Positions 49,850 through 60,135 of a stretch of DNA of 64,000 nucleotides are shown in pieces. The stretch comes from an uncultured delta proteobacterium. Its GTDB lineage: Bacteria; Myxococcota; Kuafuiibacteriia; Kuafuiibacteriales; Kuafuiibacteriaceae. The stretch's first letter is position 1, and the number at the start of each line of letters is the position of its first letter. Made by a program: the position numbers and the translations under genes. Under the pieces are notes generated by a model. That model saw only the letters and a program-made list of their open reading frames with translations, was not told the DNA's origin and did no database searches. The stretch is from the NCBI GenBank assembly GCA_963803435.1, contig CAWDML010000009.1:640001-704000 (forward strand). The letters are read 5' to 3'.

Positions 49850-52195
49850 ATGTCGGCGGGAGACACCGGCACCGAGAACCCGGGGCCCGCGGGATCGGAC
49901 GGCCGAGCCCAGTCGACGAACGGCAAGATGAAGAAGCCGGTATCCGTGACCGAGCTGGAGCTCCAGTTCGCGCAGAACCCAGAGTCCACGGCGTACGTCG
50001 ATCTCTGTGAGGCCTACTTCGATCAGGGCCGCTTCATGGAGGCGATGGTCGTCTGCAAGAAGGGCATCAAGGCGCACCCGTCCTCGGTGGACGCGAAGAT
50101 CCTCCTCTCCAAAGTTTACTCGCGGCAGAAGAAGTACAAGCGCGCGCTCAGCGAGCTCGACGAGCTGGTCGCGCAGAACGACAAGGATCCGACCGTGTAT
50201 CTGGCCCGCGGGCGCGTCCGCGACGAGAGCGGTGACGAGCAGGGCGCGGTGGCCGATCTCAAGAAGTCCATCGATTCGGATCGGGGCCTGACGGAGGCGG
50301 TCGAGCTCCTCAAGGCCAAGAACATCGTCTACCCCCCGCCGGCTTCGCGGCCGCCGCCGGTCCCCGAGCCCTCGGCTCCGGGGTTGCCGGTGCGACCTCA
50401 CTCCCAGGTCTCCGTCACCCCCGTGCGTCCCGGGCAGGAGCCGGACACCGCCGATCTGAGCTCGAACGACATCGTCCGGCGCTCCCCGCAGCCGCCCCCG
50501 ATGCCGCCGGCGGTGCGCGCGGCCAGCTTCGCCCGCGTCGATCCGGGCATCCAGTACGCCCCGATGAAGCTCGAGGGTGAGGAGGAGCTGGAGGCGCTCG
50601 CCCGCAAGGTCGCCGAGGAGAAGCCGGACCGCGGGCGGCCGAAGACCACCTTCATGCTGATGATCGCGCTGGCGGTGATCGGCCTGGTGACGATCGTCAG
50701 CGTCCTCTACAACAAGCGCAAGGTCGAGGCGATCGACGAGCTCACCACGCGCTCCTTCAAGGCCTTCAACCGCGACACCTACGGCGCCTACAAGGAGGCG
50801 GCCGAGGACATGCGCGAGATCCTCGGCGAGTGGGACTCCAAGCACGCGCTCACCGCGGGGCGCCTCGCCGAGACCTACGTGCTGCTGTGGAGCGAGCACG
50901 GCGAATCCGATCTCGAGCCGAAGCTCAAGGAGATGCTCGAGCGCGCCAAGAAGGTGGCGCCCGAGGTCTCGTACACGATCGCGGCGGACGCGCTCTACAC
51001 CCTCTATTCGGGATCGGATCGCCAGGCCGCCGCCAAGGCGGCGTACGAGCAGCTCAACCCGATCGTCTCCCGCCTCGAGGACCAGGGCGGAGGCGGGACG
51101 CACGCCGAGCTGGCCCTCGGCATCATCGAGCTGCAGCTCGGCGACTACGACGAGGCCACGCGCCGGCTCAGCAGCGTCAGCCAGGTGCTCCCGGGCAGCG
51201 TCCTCGCCAAGGTTTGGCACGCACGCGCGGCCTTCCGCGCCAAGCGTCTCGCGTCGGCGCTGAACTCGTACGAAGCCGCGCTCCGGGCCGAGCCGAACCA
51301 CCCGAGCGCGCTCGCCGGGCTGGCGCTGGTGCACCTCGAGCTCGGAGGCCTCGGCTCCGCCGGCGACGATCTGATCAAGTTCGACGAGTTCGCCCAGCGC
51401 CATCAGAAGGAGATCAGCCGTCGCGACGCGGCCCTGGCGGAGTTCGCGCGGAGCGAGCTGTTCCGCTATGCCGGTGAGGAGCAGAAGGCCGCCGGCGCGT
51501 ACGAGAACGCGCTGCGCCTCGATCCGAAGAACGCCGACTTCCCCTATGGCCTCGGTCGCTGGCTCGTGAAGAACGGACGCCACAAGGAGGCCCTCAAGCC
51601 CCTGCGCAAGGCCGTCGAGATGGAGCCCACGCGCTGGACGTTCCTCGTCGATCTGGCCGAGGCCGAGATGTGGCAGAAGGACTTCTCGAGCGCCGAGAAG
51701 CACGTCGAGGAGGCGCTCCGCCGCGCGCCGGATCGTTCTGAGACCCTGCTCGCCAAGGCGGCGCTGCTCCGCCGCCGCGAGGATCCGAAGGCCGAGGCGT
51801 ACATCAAGGGCCTGCTCACCGCGAAGCCCACCGCGAAGGTGCTGATCAACGTGGAGCTGGCGCGCCTCTACCGGCAGCAGGATCGGCTCCCCGAGGCCCG
51901 CGACCTCTTCGAGAAGGAGATCATCCCCAACTTCGGCGGCTATGCGCAGCTCGAGCAGGCCGACATCCTGATCTCCTACGGCATCCTGATGGAGAAGCTC
52001 GGCGAGCGCACCACCGCTGCCAACTCGTACGATCAGGCGGCCCAGTACGGCTCGATCGAGGGCTCGTATCGGCTGGCCACGCTCCTCATCCACGACGACA
52101 AGGTGAAGGCGAAGGCAGCCTGCAACCGCGTGCTCGGCGCCGGCACCAGCCGCTGGTACGACCAGGCCGTTCAGCTGTGCGCGTCGCTCAAGTGA
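49850..52195 (+). CDS. Single-TM protein with TPRs on both sides of the membrane
   Basis: N-terminal TPRs, Pro linker, TM FMLMIALAVIGLVTIVSVLY, many C-terminal TPRs. Confidence 0.82.
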   Translation: MSAGDTGTENPGPAGSDGRAQSTNGKMKKPVSVTELELQFAQNPESTAYVDLCEAYFDQGRFMEAMVVCKKGIKAHPSSVDAKILLSKVYSRQKKYKRALSELDELVAQNDKDPTVYLARGRVRDESGDEQGAVADLKKSIDSDRGLTEAVELLKAKNIVYPPPASRPPPVPEPSAPGLPVRPHSQVSVTPVRPGQEPDTADLSSNDIVRRSPQPPPMPPAVRAASFARVDPGIQYAPMKLEGEEELEALARKVAEEKPDRGRPKTTFMLMIALAVIGLVTIVSVLYNKRKVEAIDELTTRSFKAFNRDTYGAYKEAAEDMREILGEWDSKHALTAGRLAETYVLLWSEHGESDLEPKLKEMLERAKKVAPEVSYTIAADALYTLYSGSDRQAAAKAAYEQLNPIVSRLEDQGGGGTHAELALGIIELQLGDYDEATRRLSSVSQVLPGSVLAKVWHARAAFRAKRLASALNSYEAALRAEPNHPSALAGLALVHLELGGLGSAGDDLIKFDEFAQRHQKEISRRDAALAEFARSELFRYAGEEQKAAGAYENALRLDPKNADFPYGLGRWLVKNGRHKEALKPLRKAVEMEPTRWTFLVDLAEAEMWQKDFSSAEKHVEEALRRAPDRSETLLAKAALLRRREDPKAEAYIKGLLTAKPTAKVLINVELARLYRQQDRLPEARDLFEKEIIPNFGGYAQLEQADILISYGILMEKLGERTTAANSYDQAAQYGSIEGSYRLATLLIHDDKVKAKAACNRVLGAGTSRWYDQAVQLCASLK

Positions 52196-52679
52196 GATAC
52201 TGATCCAGCATCTTCTGGATCTGATCCCGATCGAAGATCTCGATCGGTGCATCCTGGGCCTCGAGATGGGCGTCCGGGGTGAACGTGCCGGTGGTGAACA
52301 GCAGCCCCTTGCTCACGTAGGCGCTGCGGACCGCGCGGATGAAGGTGCCGATCATCTGGCCGTTCACCTTCCCGGTCAGCGTCGGCGCCGTCAGGCAGTG
52401 CACCAGCACCTTGCCGCCGGTGACCGGCGTGGGATTCACCGCGTAGATCTCGATGATCTCGTTCTTGCCGCCCTGCATCCGATCGATCTCGAGGCCCATC
52501 TTGTCGAGGATCGACGCGATCAGAGACGCCAGCTGCTCGGCGTCGAGCTCGACCAGCTCGGAGCCGCCCGACTCCTTCTTGAGATCCACGGGTGGAGGCC
52601 TGGGCGCAGTGATGGCGATGAGCAGGATCAGCACGAAGCCCAAGCCGATCGCACCCAGAAAGAGGAAGATGACGGCCAC
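52188..52679 (-). CDS. Membrane-anchored Mrr-like restriction endonuclease-fold protein
   Basis: N-terminal TM; KGLLFTTGTFTPDA...IEIFDRDQ resembles the Mrr_cat C-terminus. Confidence 0.65.
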   Translation of the reverse strand: MAVIFLFLGAIGLGFVLILLIAITAPRPPPVDLKKESGGSELVELDAEQLASLIASILDKMGLEIDRMQGGKNEIIEIYAVNPTPVTGGKVLVHCLTAPTLTGKVNGQMIGTFIRAVRSAYVSKGLLFTTGTFTPDAHLEAQDAPIEIFDRDQIQKMLDQYLT

Positions 52680-52683
52680 GGCG

Positions 52684-53013
52684 CTACAACGCCTGCTTCA
52701 GCATGTCCTCGAGATGTTTCTTCGGGACGGCGCCCATCACCTGGTTCACCGGCTCCCCGCCCTTGAAGATGAGCACGGTGGGGATGCTGTTGATGTGATA
52801 CCGCTGCGCGATCGAGGGGAAGTCATCGATGTTGACCTTGCCCACCTTGGCCTTGCCCTCGTACTCGCTCGCCAGCTGCTCGACCGCCGGCGCGATCATC
52901 CGGCAGGGCGCGCACCAGGGGGCCCAGAAGTCGACGAGGACCGGGACCTCCGACTTGAGGACCTCCGCATCGAAGGAGACGTCTTGGAACTCGTGCACGT
53001 TCTTGGAAGCCAT
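52684..53013 (-). CDS. trxA: Thioredoxin
   Basis: VLVDFWAPWCAPC and SIPT. Confidence 0.93.
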   Translation of the reverse strand: MASKNVHEFQDVSFDAEVLKSEVPVLVDFWAPWCAPCRMIAPAVEQLASEYEGKAKVGKVNIDDFPSIAQRYHINSIPTVLIFKGGEPVNQVMGAVPKKHLEDMLKQAL

Positions 53014-53157
53014 GGGCGTACTCATCCTTTCATCGGTCGAACGTTCTCGTCCATGCACCGATTCCCCGACTTTCCGCCGGGACTCGCCGCGCTATACCAG
53101 AGCGCGATTCGACTGTCCTGGAGTTTCGGGGTTTTGGTACAATCCCTCCGATTCTCA

Positions 53158-53481
53158 ATGGCCACGCTGCACAACCGGATGTTCATCGCCCAGTCGACCC
53201 TCGAGAGCTGGGTCGACTCCGGTACGGTGGATGTCGGCAAGGATACGGTCCACCTGCACAACGTCCGCCGCACCTATCGGATCGAGCCTGCGGTACGATT
53301 CCTGGCGACGATCGAAGGCGCGGCCACGGAGCTCGTCGGCAAGGTGCTGACGGAGCGACGGGTCGGCGAGCTCGGAGGTGAGCTGATGGGCGACTCGGTG
53401 ATCTTCGGAGACTCGGCCTTTCAGGTCGAGGCCGGCTACATCGGAACACTCCAACGCGAGGGCGTGAGCGTGGAAGAGTAA
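53158..53481 (+). CDS. Hypothetical protein, first gene of the heme operon
   Basis: ATG ORF whose TAA overlaps the ccsA ATG. Confidence 0.7.
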   Translation: MATLHNRMFIAQSTLESWVDSGTVDVGKDTVHLHNVRRTYRIEPAVRFLATIEGAATELVGKVLTERRVGELGGELMGDSVIFGDSAFQVEAGYIGTLQREGVSVEE

Positions 53482-54317
53482 TGGCTCTCCTTCTGCTCAA
53501 GGTTTGCGCCGTCTTCTACGGCCTGGTCGCCGTCTGGGGGATCGTGCAGCTCATCTGGCCGCGCGAGAGCGGCGACCGCGTCATCGTCGTCGGGCTCTCC
53601 ATCGCGGCCTCCGCACATCTGGTGGCCATCGGCGCGCGCGCCGTGGAGATCGGCTCCTTTCCCATGGCCAGCTTCCACGACGGCCTCTCCATGTTCGGCC
53701 TCCTCGCGGCGGTCATGGCGGTGGTGATCGCGTGGAAGAGCGGCGTCCCGCAGGTCGGTCCGCTGGCCAGCATCCTCGTCTCTGTCCTGGTGGTCATCGC
53801 GATCCTGATGAAGCCGGCCGACGAGGTCCCCGAGGCGCTGCGCTCCGGCTGGCTGCCGATCCACATCGCGGTGGCGTTCCTCGGTGACGCCGCCTTCGCG
53901 GTCGCCGGCATCGTCTCGCTCGTCTATCTGATCCAGGAGCGCCGGCTCAAAGCGAAAAAGAAGAAGCTCCATCGCTCTGGCACCGGCCTGCACAAGCTGC
54001 CGGCCCTCGAGATCCTCGACAGCGTCAGCGTCCGCCTGATCCAGTTCGGCTTTCCGATGATGACGCTCGCGATCCTCTCGGGCGCGGTCTATCAGAACAA
54101 CATCTACGGCACCCTGTGGCAGTGGGATCCGCGGAACACGATCAGCCTCCTGGTCTGGCTGCTCTACGCGCTCCTCCTGCACTTCCGGGTCACGATCGGC
54201 TGGCGCGGGCGGAAGGCCGCGGTGCTGACGCTGGTCGGCGTGGTGGTGACGCTCATCGCCTTCGTGGGGCTGGGCGCGATCGGCGTGGGGGCGCACGGCA
54301 AGGAATACGTGTCGTGA
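53481..54317 (+). CDS. ccsA: Cytochrome c biogenesis protein CcsA / HemX-like
   Basis: Multi-TM; WLPIH, WQWDPR (WWD-like), GWRGRK. Confidence 0.82.
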   Translation: MALLLLKVCAVFYGLVAVWGIVQLIWPRESGDRVIVVGLSIAASAHLVAIGARAVEIGSFPMASFHDGLSMFGLLAAVMAVVIAWKSGVPQVGPLASILVSVLVVIAILMKPADEVPEALRSGWLPIHIAVAFLGDAAFAVAGIVSLVYLIQERRLKAKKKKLHRSGTGLHKLPALEILDSVSVRLIQFGFPMMTLAILSGAVYQNNIYGTLWQWDPRNTISLLVWLLYALLLHFRVTIGWRGRKAAVLTLVGVVVTLIAFVGLGAIGVGAHGKEYVS

Positions 54318-55669
54318 GACTGGTCGTCATTGGCTTGTCGCACCGGACGGCTCCCATCGAGCTCCGCGAGCGCTTCGCCAAGCACACCAAGGACCTCCCG
54401 GCCGCGCTCCCCGACCTCTTACGCCTCGAGTTCATCCAGGAGGCCTGCGTCGTCTCCACCTGCAACCGGGTCGAGTTCTACGTCGCCGGCACCACCGACC
54501 CCAAGACGATCGCGCGCAGCCTCCGCACCCACATCCAGAGCTTCTCCGGCCTCCCGCCCGAGGAGCTCGATCCGCACTTGTACCAGCACCTCGGCGACGA
54601 GGGCCTCAAGCACCTGTTCCGCGTCTCCGCTTCCCTCGACTCGATGGTCCTGGGCGAGCCGCAGATCCTCGGCCAGGTGAAGGAGGCCTACCGTGTCTGC
54701 ATCGAGGTCGGTACCAACGGCCCTCAGCTCGATCGCGCCTTCCAGCGCGCCTTCAACATCGCGAAGCGCATCCGCACCGAGACCGGGATCGCGGAGAACG
54801 CCGTCAGCATGAGCTTCGCCGCCGTCGAGCTGGGCCGCGAGATCTTCGACTCGCTCGAGGGCAAGGAGGTCCTGCTCCTCGGCGCCGGCAAGATGGGGAC
54901 GCTGGCCGCCAAGCACCTGATGGCCTACGGCGTCTCCCAGGTCCGCGTCGCCAGCCGCACGCTCGCCACCGCGCAGAAGCTGGCCGAGGAGATCGGCGGT
55001 CTCCCCTCCAGCCTCGCCGATCTGCCGGTCCTCCTCCACCAGGCCGACATCGTGATCTGCTCGACGGCCGCGCCCACCTACGTCGTGGACAAGCGGTTGA
55101 TGAAGAAGGTGGTGCGCGAGCGACGTTATCGCCCGATCCTCTTCGTCGACATCGCCGTCCCTCGCGACGTCGATCCTGCAGTCGCCCAGCTCGACAACGT
55201 CTTCGTCTACGACGTCGACGATCTCGAGGCCGTCCTCGAGCTCAACCGCGAGAGTCGCGCCAGCGAGGCCGCCGCCGCCGAGAAGCTGGTCGCGGATGAG
55301 CTCGAGAACTACCTGCGCTGGTCGAAGTCGCAGCAGGTGGTGCCGGTGATCAAGGCGTTGCGCGCGCACGCGTCGCAGATCGCCGAGCTCGAGGTCCAGC
55401 GTACGCTCCAGAACGTCAAGGAGCCGGACAAGAAGACCCTCCAGAGCGTCAAGGCCATGGGCAACGCGATCGTCAACAAGATGCTCCATCCGGTGCTCAC
55501 GCGCCTCAAGCAGGAGGGCGCTCACGGCGATCCGCAGGTGTTGATCGATGCGCTGGTGGCGCTGTTCGAGCTGGACGTCGCCGCGCATGAAGTCCCCGCC
55601 GAGTCCCGAGCGGCGGAGGAGCCCGACGCCGGCAACGTCGTCCAGTTTCCCCAGCGCGACCAAGGTTGA
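54314..55669 (+). CDS. hemA: Glutamyl-tRNA reductase
   Basis: GLSHRTAP, STCNRVE, SLDSMVLGEPQILGQ, GAGKMG, DIAVPRD. Confidence 0.96.
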   Translation: MRLVVIGLSHRTAPIELRERFAKHTKDLPAALPDLLRLEFIQEACVVSTCNRVEFYVAGTTDPKTIARSLRTHIQSFSGLPPEELDPHLYQHLGDEGLKHLFRVSASLDSMVLGEPQILGQVKEAYRVCIEVGTNGPQLDRAFQRAFNIAKRIRTETGIAENAVSMSFAAVELGREIFDSLEGKEVLLLGAGKMGTLAAKHLMAYGVSQVRVASRTLATAQKLAEEIGGLPSSLADLPVLLHQADIVICSTAAPTYVVDKRLMKKVVRERRYRPILFVDIAVPRDVDPAVAQLDNVFVYDVDDLEAVLELNRESRASEAAAAEKLVADELENYLRWSKSQQVVPVIKALRAHASQIAELEVQRTLQNVKEPDKKTLQSVKAMGNAIVNKMLHPVLTRLKQEGAHGDPQVLIDALVALFELDVAAHEVPAESRAAEEPDAGNVVQFPQRDQG

Positions 55670-55678
55670 TCCTCGAAG

Positions 55679-56596
55679 ATGAAGCTCACCATCGCCACCC
55701 GAAAGAGCCCGCTCGCCCTCTGGCAGGCCGAGCACGTGGCCCAGCTGCTGAAGGATCAGGGCGGCGTCGAGGTCTCTCTGCTGGAGATGACGACCCGCGG
55801 CGACAAGATCCTGGATCAGGCCCTGTCCAAGGTCGGCGGCAAGGATCTCTTCGTGAAGGAGATCGAGCATGCGCTGATCGAGCGGACCGCACAGGTCGCC
55901 GTGCACTCGCTCAAGGACATGCCGACGCTCCTCCCCGAGGGCCTCGCCATCACCGCCTATCCCCCGCGCGAGGATCCGAGGGATGCCCTCGTGTCCGGCG
56001 GGCGGTACACGCTCGGGACGCTCCCCGAGGGCGCGAAGGTCGGCACCTGTTCGCTCCGGCGGGCGGCTCAGCTCCTGCACCGGCGCCCCGATCTGGAGAT
56101 CGTCCCCATCCGGGGCAACGTGCAGACGCGCCTCCGCAAGATGAAGGAGGAGCGGATGGACGCCACCGTCCTCGCCTACGCGGGCCTCCTCCGGCTCGGC
56201 ATGAAGGACCTCGCCAGCGAGATCCTCGATCCTTCGGTCTCCCTCCCGGCGATCGGCCAGGGCATCCTGGCCGTCGAGACGCGCACCGACGACGCGGCCA
56301 CCAACGTCCGCGTGGCGAAGCTCGACGATCCCGCCTCGCGCGCCGCAGCGGTCTGCGAGCGCGCCTTCCTCCATCGGCTCGAAGGCGGCTGCCAGGTCCC
56401 GATCGCGGGCCACGCCAAGCTCGAGGGTGATCGGATCATCCTCGCCGGGCTCGTCGCGTCTCTCGATGGCCGGCAGGTGATCCAGGACGTGGAGGAGGGC
56501 CCGCTGGCCGAGGCCGCGGAGATCGGCCTCTCGCTGGCGGAGCAGCTCCTCGCCGCCGGCGCCCGGAAGATCCTCGATGACCTCCAAAGCCGGTGA
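55679..56596 (+). CDS. hemC: Hydroxymethylbilane synthase
   Basis: ATRKSPLALWQ, VHSLKD, IRGNVQTR, LEGGCQVPI. Confidence 0.96.
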   Translation: MKLTIATRKSPLALWQAEHVAQLLKDQGGVEVSLLEMTTRGDKILDQALSKVGGKDLFVKEIEHALIERTAQVAVHSLKDMPTLLPEGLAITAYPPREDPRDALVSGGRYTLGTLPEGAKVGTCSLRRAAQLLHRRPDLEIVPIRGNVQTRLRKMKEERMDATVLAYAGLLRLGMKDLASEILDPSVSLPAIGQGILAVETRTDDAATNVRVAKLDDPASRAAAVCERAFLHRLEGGCQVPIAGHAKLEGDRIILAGLVASLDGRQVIQDVEEGPLAEAAEIGLSLAEQLLAAGARKILDDLQSR

Positions 56597-57341
56597 GCAC
56601 CGCCCGCTGACGGTGGTGGTCACGCGCGCGGTCCACCAGGCGGGCGCGCTCTCCCAGCTCCTCGCCCGGCGCGGCGTCCGCGTGATCGAGCTACCCACGA
56701 TCGCCGTCGCCGAGCCGCTCGACTGGGCCCCGTTCGATCGCGCGCTCGGCGAGATCGAGCGCTACCGCGCGGTGCTGATCGGCTCGAAGAACGCAGCCGA
56801 CGCGGTCGGCGCCCGGGGCTTTACCGTGCCCATCCCGGTCTGCGCCGTCGGCGGCAAGACGAAGAGGCACCTCGAGGCCCAGCCCGGCGTCTTCAGCGGT
56901 GAGCTCTTCCAGGCCGACGTCCAGCGCGCCGAGGGTATGGTCGACGCGCTCGATCGACGCTTCGGCCCGCTCCGCGGCGAGCGCTTCCTGTTCCTGCGTG
57001 CGCCCGAGGGTCGCGAGACGGCGATCGATCTTCTCGAGGCCGAGGGTGCGATCGTCGACGCGGTCGCCGCCTATCGGATCGTTGCGGCCGCACCCGCGAG
57101 CGCGGAGATGATCGCGTCGCTCGAGTCGGCCGACATCTTCACCTTCCTCTCAGGCGAGACCCTCGCGTGTTTCTTCGAGGTGGTGCCAGAGGCGAAGGCG
57201 CGCGCGCTCCTTCGAGCGGCCCGCGTCTATCTGATCGGGCCCGTCGCGCGCGCCAAGGCCGACGCGCTGTCGGTCCGGGTGGACGGGATCCCACCCGAGC
57301 CCACCGTGGAGTCCCTCGTGGCCCTTTTGACCGAGCCGTGA
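56577..57341 (+). CDS. hemD: Uroporphyrinogen-III synthase
   Basis: VVVTRA, ELPTI, AVGGKT, AYR, IGPV; lies after hemC. Confidence 0.85.
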   Translation: MTSKAGEHRPLTVVVTRAVHQAGALSQLLARRGVRVIELPTIAVAEPLDWAPFDRALGEIERYRAVLIGSKNAADAVGARGFTVPIPVCAVGGKTKRHLEAQPGVFSGELFQADVQRAEGMVDALDRRFGPLRGERFLFLRAPEGRETAIDLLEAEGAIVDAVAAYRIVAAAPASAEMIASLESADIFTFLSGETLACFFEVVPEAKARALLRAARVYLIGPVARAKADALSVRVDGIPPEPTVESLVALLTEP

Positions 57342-57464
57342 GCACAGGTTGACCCAAAGCGGCCCAACCTGATCCGGGCGACCGGACCGAGGGCCCTGGT
57401 CCGACGCTTGCCTAGAATCGACGTCGTGCGGCGTGCCTCTGTGCTCGCATTGCTCGATGCCACC

Positions 57465-58061
57465 ATGTCGGACCTTTGCGCCCGCGATGACGAGTCATCG
57501 GAGGCGCACACCGTCTTCGTCCCGGAAGAGGAGAGCTTCTCCGACGACATGACCGAGGTGAACCTCAATCTGGCCGGGGCCCTCGAGTCGGTGATGGAGG
57601 CAGAGACCGCCCTGGCGAAGCGCCCCTCGCCCCGTCACGGCGGTGCCGTGCCGGTGGACTTCGCGCGGGTCGAGATCAAGCCGGCGACGCTCCGCCAGCG
57701 GCCGCAGCTGCCGAGCGGGAGCTGGGCCGGCAATCTGGCGGAGCTGGTTCACCAGGAGTTCGACGCCGACGACGACCTGCCAGAGCTCGCCTCCGGGGAG
57801 TTTCTCTCCCTTCCTGCCACCGAGGATCTCACGCTGCCCGCGTATCGGTTCGGCCCGCGCTTCGCCTCCATGGTGCAGCCGACGGCGGTGCGGGTCGTGG
57901 TCGGCCGCCCAATCACGCCGTTGTCGGACGAGCGGCTCCCCGATCTTCGCCCGCACCCTAGGGGGCTGGTTTGGGTCGCATCGGCCCTGCTCCTCGGGGC
58001 TGCTACCATGCTCGCCGTATGGTCTTTCCGTCCGGATCTCCTCGCGCTCGCCGGGCTCTGA
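57465..58061 (+). CDS. Hypothetical protein with C-terminal TM
   Basis: Acidic, disordered body; TM GLVWVASALLLGAATMLAVW. Confidence 0.55.
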   Translation: MSDLCARDDESSEAHTVFVPEEESFSDDMTEVNLNLAGALESVMEAETALAKRPSPRHGGAVPVDFARVEIKPATLRQRPQLPSGSWAGNLAELVHQEFDADDDLPELASGEFLSLPATEDLTLPAYRFGPRFASMVQPTAVRVVVGRPITPLSDERLPDLRPHPRGLVWVASALLLGAATMLAVWSFRPDLLALAGL

Positions 58062-58936
58062 TCCTGACCGGCCTGCTGTCGCTTTCGTGCGCCTCCCAGA
58101 AGACCAAGGAGGATCTCGCCGAGGATCGCTCGACGGAGGCAGAGCGCCTGCTGTTCTCCGCGAAGGCGTCGCTGGATCGGCTCGAGCCTGACGACGCCGA
58201 GGAGAAGCTGAAGCGCGCGCGCCGCGTGCTCCAAGACCCGGCCGCGGCGCACTGGCCGGATCACGACTTCCAGATGCAGGACCTCGCCACGAAGGAGGAG
58301 CGGCTCGGGACCGTCCGGGCCGAGGTGGCGCGGATCGCGCTGGAGAAGGCGGTGAAGGCCCAGACCGAGGCGCTCGAGGCCGTCGCGGTCAAGCTCGACC
58401 TGGCGCTGAAGCCGTTGCGCGCACAGGACGCCGCCGCGTACACGGCGTCCCAGATCGACGATGCCGGCGAGGCGCGCTCGAGCGTGATCGATCGGCTGAA
58501 GGAGGGCGCCGAGCTCGAGTCGCGGTCGCCGCCGTACCAGACGCTGGCCAAGAGCGTCGCGGAGCAGGTGAAGCAGGTGCCCGACGTGCTCCAGCGGGCG
58601 CAGCGCGCGGTCTCCTTCGCCGAGGGACCGCTTCGCGCGAGCCAGCATGCGCGCGTGCTGGTGGAGGAGGCCAAGTCCGAGGCCGATCCTGCGGAGAAGG
58701 TCGCCCGGTTGATCGAGGCCAAGGGCGAGCTCGATCGCTGCGCGACCTCCGCCGGTGAGGCCGCCCGCGAGCCCGCGCTGGCCAAGGTGCGCTTCGAGGA
58801 CGGCGGGCGGGCCACCACCCCGAAGACCCTGATCCAGAGCTGCCGGAAGCGTTCCAAGGCGCTGAAACGCCAGATCACGGCGCTCCGGAAGCGGCTCGAC
58901 AAGAAGAAGGCGAGACCCAAGAAGAAGAGGAAATGA
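58019..58936 (+). CDS. Helical lipoprotein
   Basis: Lipobox-like LSLSC, coiled-coil, Lys-rich tail. Confidence 0.65.
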   Translation: MVFPSGSPRARRALILTGLLSLSCASQKTKEDLAEDRSTEAERLLFSAKASLDRLEPDDAEEKLKRARRVLQDPAAAHWPDHDFQMQDLATKEERLGTVRAEVARIALEKAVKAQTEALEAVAVKLDLALKPLRAQDAAAYTASQIDDAGEARSSVIDRLKEGAELESRSPPYQTLAKSVAEQVKQVPDVLQRAQRAVSFAEGPLRASQHARVLVEEAKSEADPAEKVARLIEAKGELDRCATSAGEAAREPALAKVRFEDGGRATTPKTLIQSCRKRSKALKRQITALRKRLDKKKARPKKKRK

Positions 58937-58948
58937 TAGACGTCCGGG

Positions 58949-59923
58949 ATGGAATTCCCGTTCGTACGCATGCGCAGAATGCGTCGGACCGATGCGCTCC
59001 GGCGCATGGTCCGCGAGACCCATCTATCACCCGACAACCTGGTCCAGCCGCTCTTCGTGGTGCCGGGGAAGGACGTGAAGAAGCCGGTGGCGTCGATGCC
59101 CGGGGTGGCGCAGCTGTCGGTGGAGCACGCCGTCGCCGAGGCCGAGCGCGCCTGGAAGGCGAACGTGCCGGCGGTGCTCCTCTTCGGCATTCCGGACCAG
59201 AAGGACGCCGAGGGCTCGAGCTCGTGGGACGCGAACGGGATCGTCCAGCGCGCGTGCCGCGCCATCAAGGAGAGGCTCCCCGAGATGGTGGTGATCGGTG
59301 ACGTCTGCTTCTGCGAGTACACCAGCCACGGCCACTGCGGCGTGCTCGTCGATCACGACGTCGACAACGACAGCACGCTCGAGAACCTCGGCAAGCAGGT
59401 GGTCTCGCTGGCCGGCTCCGGCTGCGACATGATGGCGCCCAGCGGGATGATGGACGGAATGGTCGGCGCGATCCGCGAGTCGCTCGACGAGAACGGCTAC
59501 GACCAGCTCCCGATCATGAGCTACTCCGTCAAGTACGCCTCCGCGTTCTATGGGCCGTTCCGCGACGCCGCCGAGTCGGCGCCGAAGTTCGGTGATCGCC
59601 GCTCCTACCAGATGGATCCGGCCAACGCCCGGGAGGCCCTGCGCGAGGCCCAGCTCGACGTGGCGGAGGGCGCCGACATCCTGATGGTCAAGCCCGCGCT
59701 CCCTTGCCTCGATCTGATCCGGGACCTGCGCGAGCACTTCGAGCAGCCGCTGGCCGCGTACAACGTGAGCGGTGAGATGTCGATGGTGGAGCTGGCGGCC
59801 AAGGCGGGCTACGTCGATCGCCAGCGGACCATCATGGAGACGCTGATGAGCATCCGGCGCGCCGGTGCGGACATCGTCATCACGTACTGGGCGACCGAGG
59901 TCGCCGGTTGGCTCACCCCATGA
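58949..59923 (+). CDS. hemB: Porphobilinogen synthase
   Basis: DVCFCEYTSHGHCG Zn site, SAFYGPFRDA, MVKPA, AYNVSGE. Confidence 0.97.
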   Translation: MEFPFVRMRRMRRTDALRRMVRETHLSPDNLVQPLFVVPGKDVKKPVASMPGVAQLSVEHAVAEAERAWKANVPAVLLFGIPDQKDAEGSSSWDANGIVQRACRAIKERLPEMVVIGDVCFCEYTSHGHCGVLVDHDVDNDSTLENLGKQVVSLAGSGCDMMAPSGMMDGMVGAIRESLDENGYDQLPIMSYSVKYASAFYGPFRDAAESAPKFGDRRSYQMDPANAREALREAQLDVAEGADILMVKPALPCLDLIRDLREHFEQPLAAYNVSGEMSMVELAAKAGYVDRQRTIMETLMSIRRAGADIVITYWATEVAGWLTP

Positions 59924-60120
59924 ACGACGAGTCCGAGGCCGTCCGCCCCGACGGACCCTACAAGGTGGTCGAGCTCACCACGGTCACGGACGAGAGCATC
60001 GAGGACGTGCTCAACGCGTGGACCGCCCAGGGCTATCGGCTGGACGGCATTCATTTCGCGGTCCGCGAGAGCAGCAAGCGCCCCTCGATGGCGTTCTTGA
60101 TCTTTACCCGCTCGTCCTGA
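59920..60120 (+). CDS. Small DUF4177-like protein
   Basis: YKVVE...EDVLNAWTAQGYRL pattern; ATG overlaps the hemB stop. Confidence 0.6.
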   Translation: MNDESEAVRPDGPYKVVELTTVTDESIEDVLNAWTAQGYRLDGIHFAVRESSKRPSMAFLIFTRSS

Positions 60121-60135
60121 GTACACTGACGTGCG

